Shown one piece after another: positions 1 through 7,497 of a DNA stretch of 36,397 nt. Source of the stretch: Candidatus Beckwithbacteria bacterium (GTDB lineage: Bacteria; Patescibacteriota; Microgenomatia; UBA1400; UBA1449). Made by a program: the position numbers and the translations under genes. The notes beneath the pieces are model-generated. The model ran no database searches and was not told where the DNA came from. It saw nothing but the letters and a program-made list of their open reading frames with translations. Where the stretch lies: the NCBI GenBank assembly GCA_012798485.1, contig JAAZND010000065.1, positions 1 to 36,397 on the forward strand, read 5' to 3'. Position 1 is the first letter of the stretch; each line of letters opens with the position of its first letter.

Positions 1-2
1 AA

Positions 3-1256
3 AAGCAGTCAACTGTAAGTCAAACTTCTGAAAGTGAACCAGTCATCCCTCAAAAGAAAACTTTTAGTTTTCCCAAGAATTTTAATAAAAAAAGACTTAG
101 TTTTGCTTTAATTTTAGGCTTGTTTTTTTTAGTTTTAATTGGAGCTGCTGCTGGTTTATTTTATTATTACTGGAATGTTCCAGAGGCAGAAATTAAATTA
201 TTCCTTTATCCCAAGTATATTGAAAAAACAGTAGAGATTAATTTAGCAAAAAGTGCTACAGCTTTGGATCTACAGAATTTTATCATTCCAACTTCAGCAA
301 ATCAGGTGACAGTCACAGGCGAAGAAGTGGTTCCTACCACTGGGACTAAAAAAGTAGGAGAGAAAGCCACAGGCAAGATTTTAATTTATAACAAAATCAG
401 TAAGACCAGAACCTTGAAAAAAGGAGCTATTTTGACTAATGCAGAAAATTTACGTTTTGAGCTTGCCGAAGATGTGACTGTTGCTTCTGCCAGTTCTCAA
501 TCTCAAGATGAAGGAGAAAGTATTGCTTATGGTAAAGCAGAAGCTTCAGTAAACGCCGGTGGGGTAGGGACAGAATATAATATTGCCAAAGACAGCGTTT
601 TGACTTTTAAAGATATTGATAAGAGTTCACTTTCGGCAAAAGCCGTTGATGCTTTTAGTGGCGGGAGCAGCGAAACAGTACAAGTAGTTGATAAAAAAGA
701 CAAAGATAAGGCTTTGGAAAGTTTACAAACTAAATTACTGACCCAATTAAATGATGAACTTAGTAAGCAAACAGATAAAACTAAGCTAGCTTTTGATACT
801 GGAGAAAAACCCGAAATTACTGAAAGCAGTTTTGATCATGAAGTGAGTGACGAAGCAACTAATTTGACAGTAAAAGCGACAATGAAAGTCAATACTTTGG
901 TTATTTCCAAAACAGATTTTGATTATACCTTGATGCAGGCTCTGATGGGTAGTATTCCGGAAAGTTTTCAAATTTCTTCTGATGGACTTCAGCAAGAAAT
1001 TAAAAATCAAACAGAAACCAAAGATGGTCTTAAAATTGAGGTAAATACCAAAGTCAAACTTTTGCCAAAAGTTGATTTTGACAATATTAGACGTAGTATT
1101 GTAGGAAAATATCCCAATCTTATTCAGAGCTATTTTCAAGGTTTGCCTAATTTTGCTAAGGTAGAAATCGTAGTCAGACCTTCTCTTCCAGGGTTTTTGG
1201 GCACTTTACCAAGACAAGAAGGTAAAATTTCAATTGCAGTTGAAGAAGTTAAATAA
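3..1256 (+). CDS. membrane-anchored beta-rich protein, possibly baseplate J/gp47-like; the 5' end runs off the window
   Basis: The frame is open from nt 3 (KQSTVSQTSESEPVIPQKK...). The TTG at 120 in the ORF track therefore falls inside a TM helix (LSFALILGLFFLVLIGAAAGLFYYYW) and is not the true start. Stop TAA at 1254-1256. The segment ATGKILIYNK...GVGTEYNI resembles baseplate-J-like proteins annotated in candidate-phyla genomes (from memory, not searched). Confidence 0.6.
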   Translation, partial: KQSTVSQTSESEPVIPQKKTFSFPKNFNKKRLSFALILGLFFLVLIGAAAGLFYYYWNVPEAEIKLFLYPKYIEKTVEINLAKSATALDLQNFIIPTSANQVTVTGEEVVPTTGTKKVGEKATGKILIYNKISKTRTLKKGAILTNAENLRFELAEDVTVASASSQSQDEGESIAYGKAEASVNAGGVGTEYNIAKDSVLTFKDIDKSSLSAKAVDAFSGGSSETVQVVDKKDKDKALESLQTKLLTQLNDELSKQTDKTKLAFDTGEKPEITESSFDHEVSDEATNLTVKATMKVNTLVISKTDFDYTLMQALMGSIPESFQISSDGLQQEIKNQTETKDGLKIEVNTKVKLLPKVDFDNIRRSIVGKYPNLIQSYFQGLPNFAKVEIVVRPSLPGFLGTLPRQEGKISIAVEEVK

Positions 1257-1262
1257 GTGGTA

Positions 1263-1300
1263 AATTTACAAAAAAATTTAATTTTGTAAATTGATTTTTT
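1263..1300 (+). terminator. A/T hairpin plus T-run between the first gene and the sortase
   Basis: AATTTACAAAA (1263-1273) / TTTTGTAAATT (1282-1292), followed by GATTTTTT. Confidence 0.45.
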
Positions 1301-2107
1301 GTGCAATATTGTTATTACAAAGCTCATCTTAAAACAGAATCAAGGTTTCAAAAAAAACAGAAAGAATTACTGCAAAAATTTTTGCGTGTTATCCCGAATG
1401 CTTTAATTATCGTGGGCGCAACAGCGGTGATGACGGTTTTTTACCCCATGATTTCTTATCAGCTCAATGCTTCACGTTGGAATAATAAAAAAATTGTTGC
1501 CCCTCTGACTAAAAATGAATTAGCAATAGATAAAAATCTGGCTTATCAAAATCAAAATAAAGCTGAAGCTACTGATCCTGTTATGGCTTATCAGCAGGAA
1601 AATGCTCCCCAGATAGTTGATTTTGACTATACAAAAGCCAGTAATTGGTTTTCCAACCCAGAAAAAGAGAATAAAACTGAGAAAAAAGAACTGGTCAGTA
1701 CTTATACTCTTTCGATCCCAAAACTTGATATTGAAAATATGAAGGTTCTCATTAATGGTGAAAACCTAGATGAATCTTTAATCCAGTATGCTGGCACAGC
1801 TTTACCCGGTGAATATGGTAATCCTGTTATTTTTGGACATAGCGTTTTACCTGTTTTTTATAATCCTAAAAATTATATGTCAGTTTTTTCCAAGATTCCT
1901 ACTCTTAAGGAAGGGGATGAAATTTTTGTGAGTTTTGATGGCATTGAATACAAATATGAGGTAGAATCCTATCATGAAGTTGAGCCAGACGAAATCGAAG
2001 TTTTAGAACAAAGATACGATCGTAAAACTTTAACTTTGATCACTTGTGTTCCTCCCGGAACTTATTTACGAAGAGGCGTAGTTTTAGCAAAATTAGTACA
2101 AGATTAA
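1301..2107 (+). CDS. sortase-family transpeptidase (N-terminal TM anchor)
   Basis: Catalytic signatures are present: His in PVIFGHS, Cys in TLTLITCVPPG (TLxTC), and a downstream Arg in YLRRG. A TM segment ALIIVGATAVMTVFYPMI follows a K-rich N-terminus. The GTG start at 1301 directly abuts a T-run, so the true start is uncertain; an in-frame TTG lies further in. Confidence 0.8.
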   Translation: MQYCYYKAHLKTESRFQKKQKELLQKFLRVIPNALIIVGATAVMTVFYPMISYQLNASRWNNKKIVAPLTKNELAIDKNLAYQNQNKAEATDPVMAYQQENAPQIVDFDYTKASNWFSNPEKENKTEKKELVSTYTLSIPKLDIENMKVLINGENLDESLIQYAGTALPGEYGNPVIFGHSVLPVFYNPKNYMSVFSKIPTLKEGDEIFVSFDGIEYKYEVESYHEVEPDEIEVLEQRYDRKTLTLITCVPPGTYLRRGVVLAKLVQD

Positions 2108-2118
2108 TTTTTCAAATT

Positions 2119-2502
2119 ATGAAATATTTAGCCATAGACTATGGACAAAAACATATTGGTTTAGCCATTTCCGAAGGTATTCTAGCTGAGCCTTTTGGAC
2201 AATTTGATAGTGAAGCTGACGATAAAACAGTTGCCAAAATTATTAAAATCTGCCAAGAAGAACAGATTGATGAACTTGTTTTAGGCATTTCTGAAAATCA
2301 AATGGCAGTCAAAGTCAAAGCTTTTGCTCAAATCTTAAGCCAAAATTTAACTTTAAAAATTCATCTTCAAGATGAAACTTTATCGTCCCAGTTGGCAAAA
2401 AAACATCTGCTGGAAAGCGGAGCAAAAAGAAAAAAAAGACAGACGCAGAATCATCAAATTGCTGCGGCAATTATTTTACAAGAGTTTCTTGATAACAGAT
2501 AG
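2119..2502 (+). CDS. ruvX: YqgF/RuvX-family putative pre-16S rRNA nuclease / Holliday junction resolvase-like protein
   Basis: MKYLAIDYGQKHIGLAISEG... is the canonical RuvX N-terminus with the DxG acidic site. The ATG at 2119 is preferred over the track start at 2044, which overlaps the sortase C-terminus. Confidence 0.8.
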   Translation: MKYLAIDYGQKHIGLAISEGILAEPFGQFDSEADDKTVAKIIKICQEEQIDELVLGISENQMAVKVKAFAQILSQNLTLKIHLQDETLSSQLAKKHLLESGAKRKKRQTQNHQIAAAIILQEFLDNR

Positions 2503-2528
2503 AAAACCTGTTATATTAAAAAACAGAA

Positions 2529-2720
2529 ATGGTTAAAAAATTAATTTTTCCAATTCAACATTGGTTACTTTCTCAAGGGAAATGTGTCGGTTGTGCCAGG
2601 TCGCTTGACAGGCAGCAAACCCGTGAGAAAAAAGGCAATATTTTAGTTTATTGTAAATGTGGGAGGATTTATCTTAAAGAAGGTCAAAAATACCGCAGGG
2701 CTTTGTTTGAAGAAATTTAA
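2529..2720 (+). CDS. small basic Zn-ribbon-like protein (hypothetical)
   Basis: 63 aa with CVGC...(20 aa)...CKC cysteine pairs. It sits tightly between ruvX and mltG on the same strand. Confidence 0.5.
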   Translation: MVKKLIFPIQHWLLSQGKCVGCARSLDRQQTREKKGNILVYCKCGRIYLKEGQKYRRALFEEI

Positions 2721-2753
2721 CTTTAAATTTGTTTATATATCCCAATTAATTAT

Positions 2754-3776
2754 ATGCCTAATCCAAAACCCAAAAAAAGATTTTTAATCTTTGGTTTTCC
2801 AATTTTATTGTTGTTTATTTTGTTTTTAGCTTTGTTTTTTTGGTGGACTTTAAATTTACAACCAGTAGATAAAACAACGCAAACAGAAATAACAATGACT
2901 ATCCCATCTGGAGCTTCAGCTAGTCAAATTGCTCAGATTTTACAAGATAATAATTTAATTAAAAGTAAACTAGTTTTCCGCCTGTATTTAAAAAGAGAAA
3001 AGCTTGATGCTAAGCTAAAACCAGGCAAATATCAATTAAGTCAGACTCAGAGTCTGGCAGAAATTGTCAATCTTCTGCAAAAAGGAGTACTGGAAGATTT
3101 TTGGGTGACGATACCAGAAGGGAAAAGAAGAGAAGAGGTCGCCAAGATTTTAGCTGATAGTTTTACCAGAGAGAATTTAGTTTTTTCCATTCCAGACTTT
3201 TTAGAGCTAACAGACGATTTGGAAGGCTACCTTTTCCCAGATACCTATCTTATCCCCCGGACTACTACTACTCAAGAAGTAGTACAGATGATGAAGGATA
3301 ATTTTGCCAAGAAAATTTCTAATACGATCAAAGCTAAAGCTAATAATTTAGATTTAAGTTTTGATCAGGTTTTAATCTTAGCTTCTTTGGTGGAAAGAGA
3401 AGCTAAATTTGAAACAGATCGGACCAAAATTGCTGGAGTTTTACTCAATAGACTCAAACAAGATATGCCATTACAGATAGATGCTACTGTGCAATATGTA
3501 GTGGGAGGCAATCAATGTGAGGCTAAGATAGGTAAAGATTGTAATTGGTGGCCAGTAATTACGGATACTAAAATTAATTCTACCTATAACACTTATGAAA
3601 ATGTAGGTTTGCCTCCTGCTCCAATCTGTAATCCAGGGCTTTCTGTGATTGAAGCAGTCTTAAATCCAGGAAAACATGATTATCTTTATTATCTTTCAGA
3701 GGACAATGGGACAACTCATTATGCTAAAACTTTAGAGGAACATGAAGCTAATATTGAGAAATATTTGAACAATTAG
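2754..3776 (+). CDS. mltG: endolytic murein transglycosylase MltG (YceG family)
   Basis: N-terminal TM anchor, LKPGKYQL, ILASLVEREA, and TYNTYENVGLPPAPICNPG, all hallmarks of the YceG/MltG family. Confidence 0.9.
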   Translation: MPNPKPKKRFLIFGFPILLLFILFLALFFWWTLNLQPVDKTTQTEITMTIPSGASASQIAQILQDNNLIKSKLVFRLYLKREKLDAKLKPGKYQLSQTQSLAEIVNLLQKGVLEDFWVTIPEGKRREEVAKILADSFTRENLVFSIPDFLELTDDLEGYLFPDTYLIPRTTTTQEVVQMMKDNFAKKISNTIKAKANNLDLSFDQVLILASLVEREAKFETDRTKIAGVLLNRLKQDMPLQIDATVQYVVGGNQCEAKIGKDCNWWPVITDTKINSTYNTYENVGLPPAPICNPGLSVIEAVLNPGKHDYLYYLSEDNGTTHYAKTLEEHEANIEKYLNN

Positions 3777-3779
3777 TCG

Positions 3780-3807
3780 TTGACTTTTAAAAGATTTTTA
3801 GTATACT
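3780..3807 (+). promoter_or_regulatory. sigma70-like promoter candidate TTGACT-16 nt-TATACT
   Basis: TTGACT at 3780-3785 and TATACT at 3802-3807. It lies just after the mltG stop but upstream of the hairpin at 3820, so its function is uncertain. Confidence 0.3.
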
Positions 3808-3819
3808 AACAATCACTGT

Positions 3820-3853
3820 CTCAGTCTATTAATCAATTTAGACTGAGTTTTAT
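3820..3853 (+). terminator. intrinsic-terminator-like hairpin (probable mltG terminator)
   Basis: Perfect 9-bp stem CTCAGTCTA (3820-3828) / TAGACTGAG (3839-3847) followed by TTTTAT. Confidence 0.6.
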
Positions 3854-3930
3854 GTGTTTTAAAATAAACTTCAAAAAGGAGTTAAATTGATTTTTCAACA
3901 CAATTTATAATCTAAAACAAAAGAAATAAG

Positions 3931-3965
3931 ATTCAGGTAAGGCAACCTGAATTTTTTGTTGTTTT
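3931..3965 (+). promoter_or_regulatory. terminator-like hairpin plus T-run directly abutting the rpoB start (candidate attenuator)
   Basis: ATTCAGGT (3931-3938) / ACCTGAAT (3945-3952), 6-nt loop, then TTTTTGTTGTTTT and the ATG at 3966. A perfect TATAAT at 3906-3911 lies just upstream. Confidence 0.5.
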
Positions 3966-6900
3966 ATGAACAAAAGCTCTCAATCCAAAAATAGAATTTA
4001 TTTAGGCAAAGAAAATCTTCCTCTTCCAGAACTTAATTTAACAGAGATTCAAAAAAATTCTTATTTAGAATTTTTGACAGACGGGATTGCTAAAAGACTA
4101 AAAGAAATATCTCCAATTGATGATTTCACCGGTAAAAATTGGGCTCTTTCTTTTGGTGAACACTTTTTTGAAAAACCAAAACTCACTCCAGAACAAGCTC
4201 GAGAAAAAGGTTTAAATTATGAAGCTGCAATCAAAGTTCAAGCTACGCTTTTAAACAAAAAAACTGGTGAAACGATTGATCAAGAAGTTTTCTTAGGCGA
4301 TATGCCAATGATGACTTCAAGTGGTACTTTTATCATTAATGGTATTGATAGAGCCGTCGTTTCTCAGTTAGTCAGAAGTCCAGGAGTTTTCTTTTCCGGT
4401 TCTATTGATCCAAATTCAGGTAAAATGCTTTATCAGGCTGAACTAAGACCTTTGCGTGGTTCCTGGCTTGAATTTGCTGTTTCCCGACATGGCGTGATCT
4501 CAGTCAAAATTGATAGACATCGTAAAATTCCAGCCACTACTTTGTTAAGAGCTGTTGGTCTTGCTACCAAAAAAGAAATTTTAGAAACTTTTGAAGATGT
4601 TGACAGAGGCGAGGAATTATATATTGAAAATACTTTAGTAAAAGATATGTCTTCTTCTCAAGAAGAGGCTTTGATAGAGATTTATGAGAAAATTAGACCA
4701 GGTGAGCCAGCTGTTTTAGATAACGCTAAAGCACTTTTAAAAAATCTATTTTTTGATGCACGTCGTTATGATCTTGGGAAGGTTGGTAGATATAAATTAA
4801 ATAGAAGACTTGGTATTGAAGTTAAAAATGATGAAGATGCCTATATTTTGACTGCTGATGATATTGTAGCTACCATCAAATATTTGATTAACCTGCAAAA
4901 TGGTCAAGGAAAAGTTGATGATATTGATCATCTAGCCAACAGAAGAATTAGAAGGGTAGGAGAATTAGTTTCTACTGTAGCTTTCAGAGTTGGACTATTA
5001 AGACTTGAAAGAAGTATCAAAGAAAAAATGAGTATGGTTAAAGCTGATACTTTGATTACTCCATCTTCTTTAGTCAACCCTCGTCCAATGGTTGCGGCTA
5101 TTTCTGAATTTTTCCGTAGAAATAGACTTTCTACTATTTTGGATCAGACTAATCCTTTATCAGAAATTGATAATTTACGAAGACTTTCTGTGATGGGAAG
5201 CGGAGGAGTGACTCGTGAAAGAGCCTCTTTCTCTATGAGAGATATTAATCAATCACAATATTCTCGTATTTGCCCAGTCAGATCACCAGAAGGACCAAAT
5301 ATTGGTTTAGTCACTTACTTATCTTTGTATACACGCATTAATGAATATGGTTTTCTAGAAGCTCCATATCGTCGAGTTGTTCCTGAGAAAAAAGGCAACA
5401 AAACCAGAATGAAAGTGACCAATGAAGTTGTCTATCTTTCAGCTGATGAAGAAGAAAATTATTATATTACTCATGCCGAAGTCAAAATTGATCAAGATGG
5501 TTATATTGCTGAAGATTGGGTTTCGGTCAGATTTAATGGAGAATTTTTGGAAGCTGATGTTGAGCAAGTTCAGTTTATTGACGTGGCTTCTCGCCAGATT
5601 GTTGGTTCTTCTGCTTCCTTGATTCCATTTTTAGCTCATGATGAAGCTATCAGAGCTTTGATGGGTACTCATATGCAATGTCAGGCAGTACCTTTAGTCA
5701 AAACTGAATCTCCTATTATTGGTACAGGTATGGAAGGTTCAATTGCTAAAGCTACTAATCATGTAGTAGAAGCAGATTTTGACGGCGAAGTAGTTTATGC
5801 CGATGCTCAGATGATTGAACTTAAAGTTAGTGCTAAAGATTTTGCAAAAGTCAAAGAAAATAGAGAAAAATATCCTTATATCGTAAACATTCAAGATAAT
5901 GTTTTGACTTACAACATTCATAAGTTCCAACGTTCATCTCAAAGCACTTGTTATTCTCAAAAAACCAATGTTTTGACAGGAGCAAAAATTAAAAAAGGCG
6001 ATGTGATTATCGATGGTCCTGCTGCTTTTGAAGGAGAATTATCTTTGGGTAAAAATTTATTAATTGCCTTTGGAGCTTTTGATGGTCTTGGTTATGAAGA
6101 TGCCATCGTTATTTCTGATCGTTTAGTTAAAGAAGATGTTTTATCTTCTATTCATATCAACGAACATATTATTGAAGTGATGGATACCAAATTAGGCCCA
6201 GAGGAAATTACTCGTGATATTCCTAATGTTGGTGAAGCTGATCTTGCTCATCTTGGAGAAGATGGTATTGTCACAATCTGTTCCAATGTCGGACCAAATG
6301 ATATTTTGGTTGGCAAAATTGCTCCTAAAGGCGAAACAGAACTTAGCGCCGAAGAAAGACTTTTACGCGCTATTTTTGGAGAAAAAGCCAGAGAAGTTCG
6401 TGATACTTCTTTGCGTATGCCTCATGGAGAACATGGAACTGTTATTGGAATTAATATTTTAGACAGAGATAAAGGTGACGAACTTGATCCAGGTGTTTTG
6501 AAAGAAGTAAAAGTACTGGTTGCTCAAATGAGAAAAGTGGTGATTGGAGATAAGGTTGCCGGAAGACATGGTAATAAAGGTGTTATTTCCAAAATTGTAC
6601 CAGTTGCTGATATGCCTTATCTTGAAGATGGGACTTCTGTTGATATCATTATTTCTCCTTTGTCAGTATTAGCTCGTATGAATCTGGGTCAGATTTTAGA
6701 ATCACAACTGGGTTGGGCAGGTAAAAAACTTGATCAGAAATATGCTTTGCCAGTTTTTGAACACATTGATCAAGAATTTATTGACGAGAAAATGACCGAA
6801 GCTGGACTTCCAGTCAATAGCAAAGTGCAACTTTATGACGGAAAGACTGGAGAGCCATATCAATATAAAACTTCAGTTGGAGTCGCTTATATTATGAAGC

Positions 6901-7433
6901 TGGCTCACATGGTTGAAGATAAAATGCATGCTCGTTCCACTGGACCATATTCTTTGGTGACTCAACAACCTCTTGGAGGAAAAGCTCAAATGGGAGGACA
7001 AAGACTGGGAGAAATGGAAGTCTGGGCTTTGGAAGCACATCGAGTAGCTCATGTTTTACAAGAAATGTTGACTATCAAATCTGATGATGTGGTTGGCAGA
7101 AGTAAAGCTTTTGAAGCAATTGTCAAAGGAACTGATTTACCAGCTTCAACCGTGCCAGAATCATTCAAGGTTTTGGTTAAAGAACTTAATAGTTTAGGCT
7201 TTAATGTTATTCCAGAAGGGGTTGAAGAAAAAGAAGAAGTGATTGATGATCCAGAACTGAAAATGATTGAAGCCGATGATAAAGATTTGGTTTTACCAAC
7301 TGATGAGACTTCAGAAGAAGATACTCAAGAAAAAGAAGTTAAAGACGAAGATGATGACGATGATGATTTTGATGATATTGAAGTTCCAGAAGAAGAATTA
7401 TCAGAGTTAGAAGAGGAGATTAAGAATAACTAA
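3966..7433 (+). CDS. rpoB: DNA-directed RNA polymerase subunit beta, with a roughly 70-aa polyacidic C-terminal tail
   Basis: Beta-subunit motifs are conserved throughout (GTFIINGIDRAVVSQLVRSPGVFF, NRRIRRVGEL, GRHGNKGVISKIVP, EDMPY-like region, GGQRLGEMEVWALEAH). Confidence 0.98.
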   Translation: MNKSSQSKNRIYLGKENLPLPELNLTEIQKNSYLEFLTDGIAKRLKEISPIDDFTGKNWALSFGEHFFEKPKLTPEQAREKGLNYEAAIKVQATLLNKKTGETIDQEVFLGDMPMMTSSGTFIINGIDRAVVSQLVRSPGVFFSGSIDPNSGKMLYQAELRPLRGSWLEFAVSRHGVISVKIDRHRKIPATTLLRAVGLATKKEILETFEDVDRGEELYIENTLVKDMSSSQEEALIEIYEKIRPGEPAVLDNAKALLKNLFFDARRYDLGKVGRYKLNRRLGIEVKNDEDAYILTADDIVATIKYLINLQNGQGKVDDIDHLANRRIRRVGELVSTVAFRVGLLRLERSIKEKMSMVKADTLITPSSLVNPRPMVAAISEFFRRNRLSTILDQTNPLSEIDNLRRLSVMGSGGVTRERASFSMRDINQSQYSRICPVRSPEGPNIGLVTYLSLYTRINEYGFLEAPYRRVVPEKKGNKTRMKVTNEVVYLSADEEENYYITHAEVKIDQDGYIAEDWVSVRFNGEFLEADVEQVQFIDVASRQIVGSSASLIPFLAHDEAIRALMGTHMQCQAVPLVKTESPIIGTGMEGSIAKATNHVVEADFDGEVVYADAQMIELKVSAKDFAKVKENREKYPYIVNIQDNVLTYNIHKFQRSSQSTCYSQKTNVLTGAKIKKGDVIIDGPAAFEGELSLGKNLLIAFGAFDGLGYEDAIVISDRLVKEDVLSSIHINEHIIEVMDTKLGPEEITRDIPNVGEADLAHLGEDGIVTICSNVGPNDILVGKIAPKGETELSAEERLLRAIFGEKAREVRDTSLRMPHGEHGTVIGINILDRDKGDELDPGVLKEVKVLVAQMRKVVIGDKVAGRHGNKGVISKIVPVADMPYLEDGTSVDIIISPLSVLARMNLGQILESQLGWAGKKLDQKYALPVFEHIDQEFIDEKMTEAGLPVNSKVQLYDGKTGEPYQYKTSVGVAYIMKLAHMVEDKMHARSTGPYSLVTQQPLGGKAQMGGQRLGEMEVWALEAHRVAHVLQEMLTIKSDDVVGRSKAFEAIVKGTDLPASTVPESFKVLVKELNSLGFNVIPEGVEEKEEVIDDPELKMIEADDKDLVLPTDETSEEDTQEKEVKDEDDDDDDFDDIEVPEEELSELEEEIKNN

Positions 7434-7497
7434 AAGCAATTAATAAAACTTTTATAGCTAATAGTTTGCATGTTTTAAACTAAAAGCTAAAAAAAAT

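Noticed and set aside
1183-1256. C-terminal LPGF / LPRQEG in the first protein as a sortase sorting signal
   Set aside because: No hydrophobic segment or basic tail follows, and the motifs are not LPXTG-like. This is insufficient to call the protein a sortase substrate.
786-1327. Minus-strand ORFs 786-1139 and 1136-1327 from the track
   Set aside because: They are antisense to, or overlap, a well-supported plus-strand gene. Their F/I/K/N-rich low-complexity products are typical of reverse frames in AT-rich DNA, and they show no recognisable motifs.
2044-2118. Upstream start for ruvX overlapping the sortase C-terminus
   Set aside because: The extra 25 residues (MCSSRNLFTKRRSFSKISTRLIFQI) are not RuvX-like and overlap the sortase gene. 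MKYLAIDYG at 2119 is the canonical N-terminus.
3850-3910. Tiny leader ORFs in the rpoB leader: MCFKINFKKELN, and an AGGAG-preceded 7-codon TTG ORF. Also MQQTEKIIIY in the rplC leader at about 17430.
   Set aside because: They are too short to support as genes from sequence alone. They are mentioned only as possible components of attenuator leaders.
5422-6462. Alternative-frame and antisense ORFs inside rpoB (5422-5622, 5739-5930, 6214-6462). The same class appears inside rpoC (9477-9671), rpsL (11246-11449), fusA (12814-13035, 12833-13120, 13906-14361, 14368-14553), tuf (15903-16154, 16447-16659), rplC (17929-18144), rpsS/rplV (20438-20737, 20448-20717), rpsH/rplF (24772-25011), rplR (25568-25756), rpsE (25859-26134), rplO (26756-26983), secY (27461-27718, 28025-28264), adk (28731-28913), infA (30491-30724) and rpoA (32688-32888).
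   Set aside because: All are nested in universally conserved genes whose own frames are unambiguous. Their products are low-complexity L/K/F/I-rich strings. Stop-poor shadow frames are expected at this base composition.
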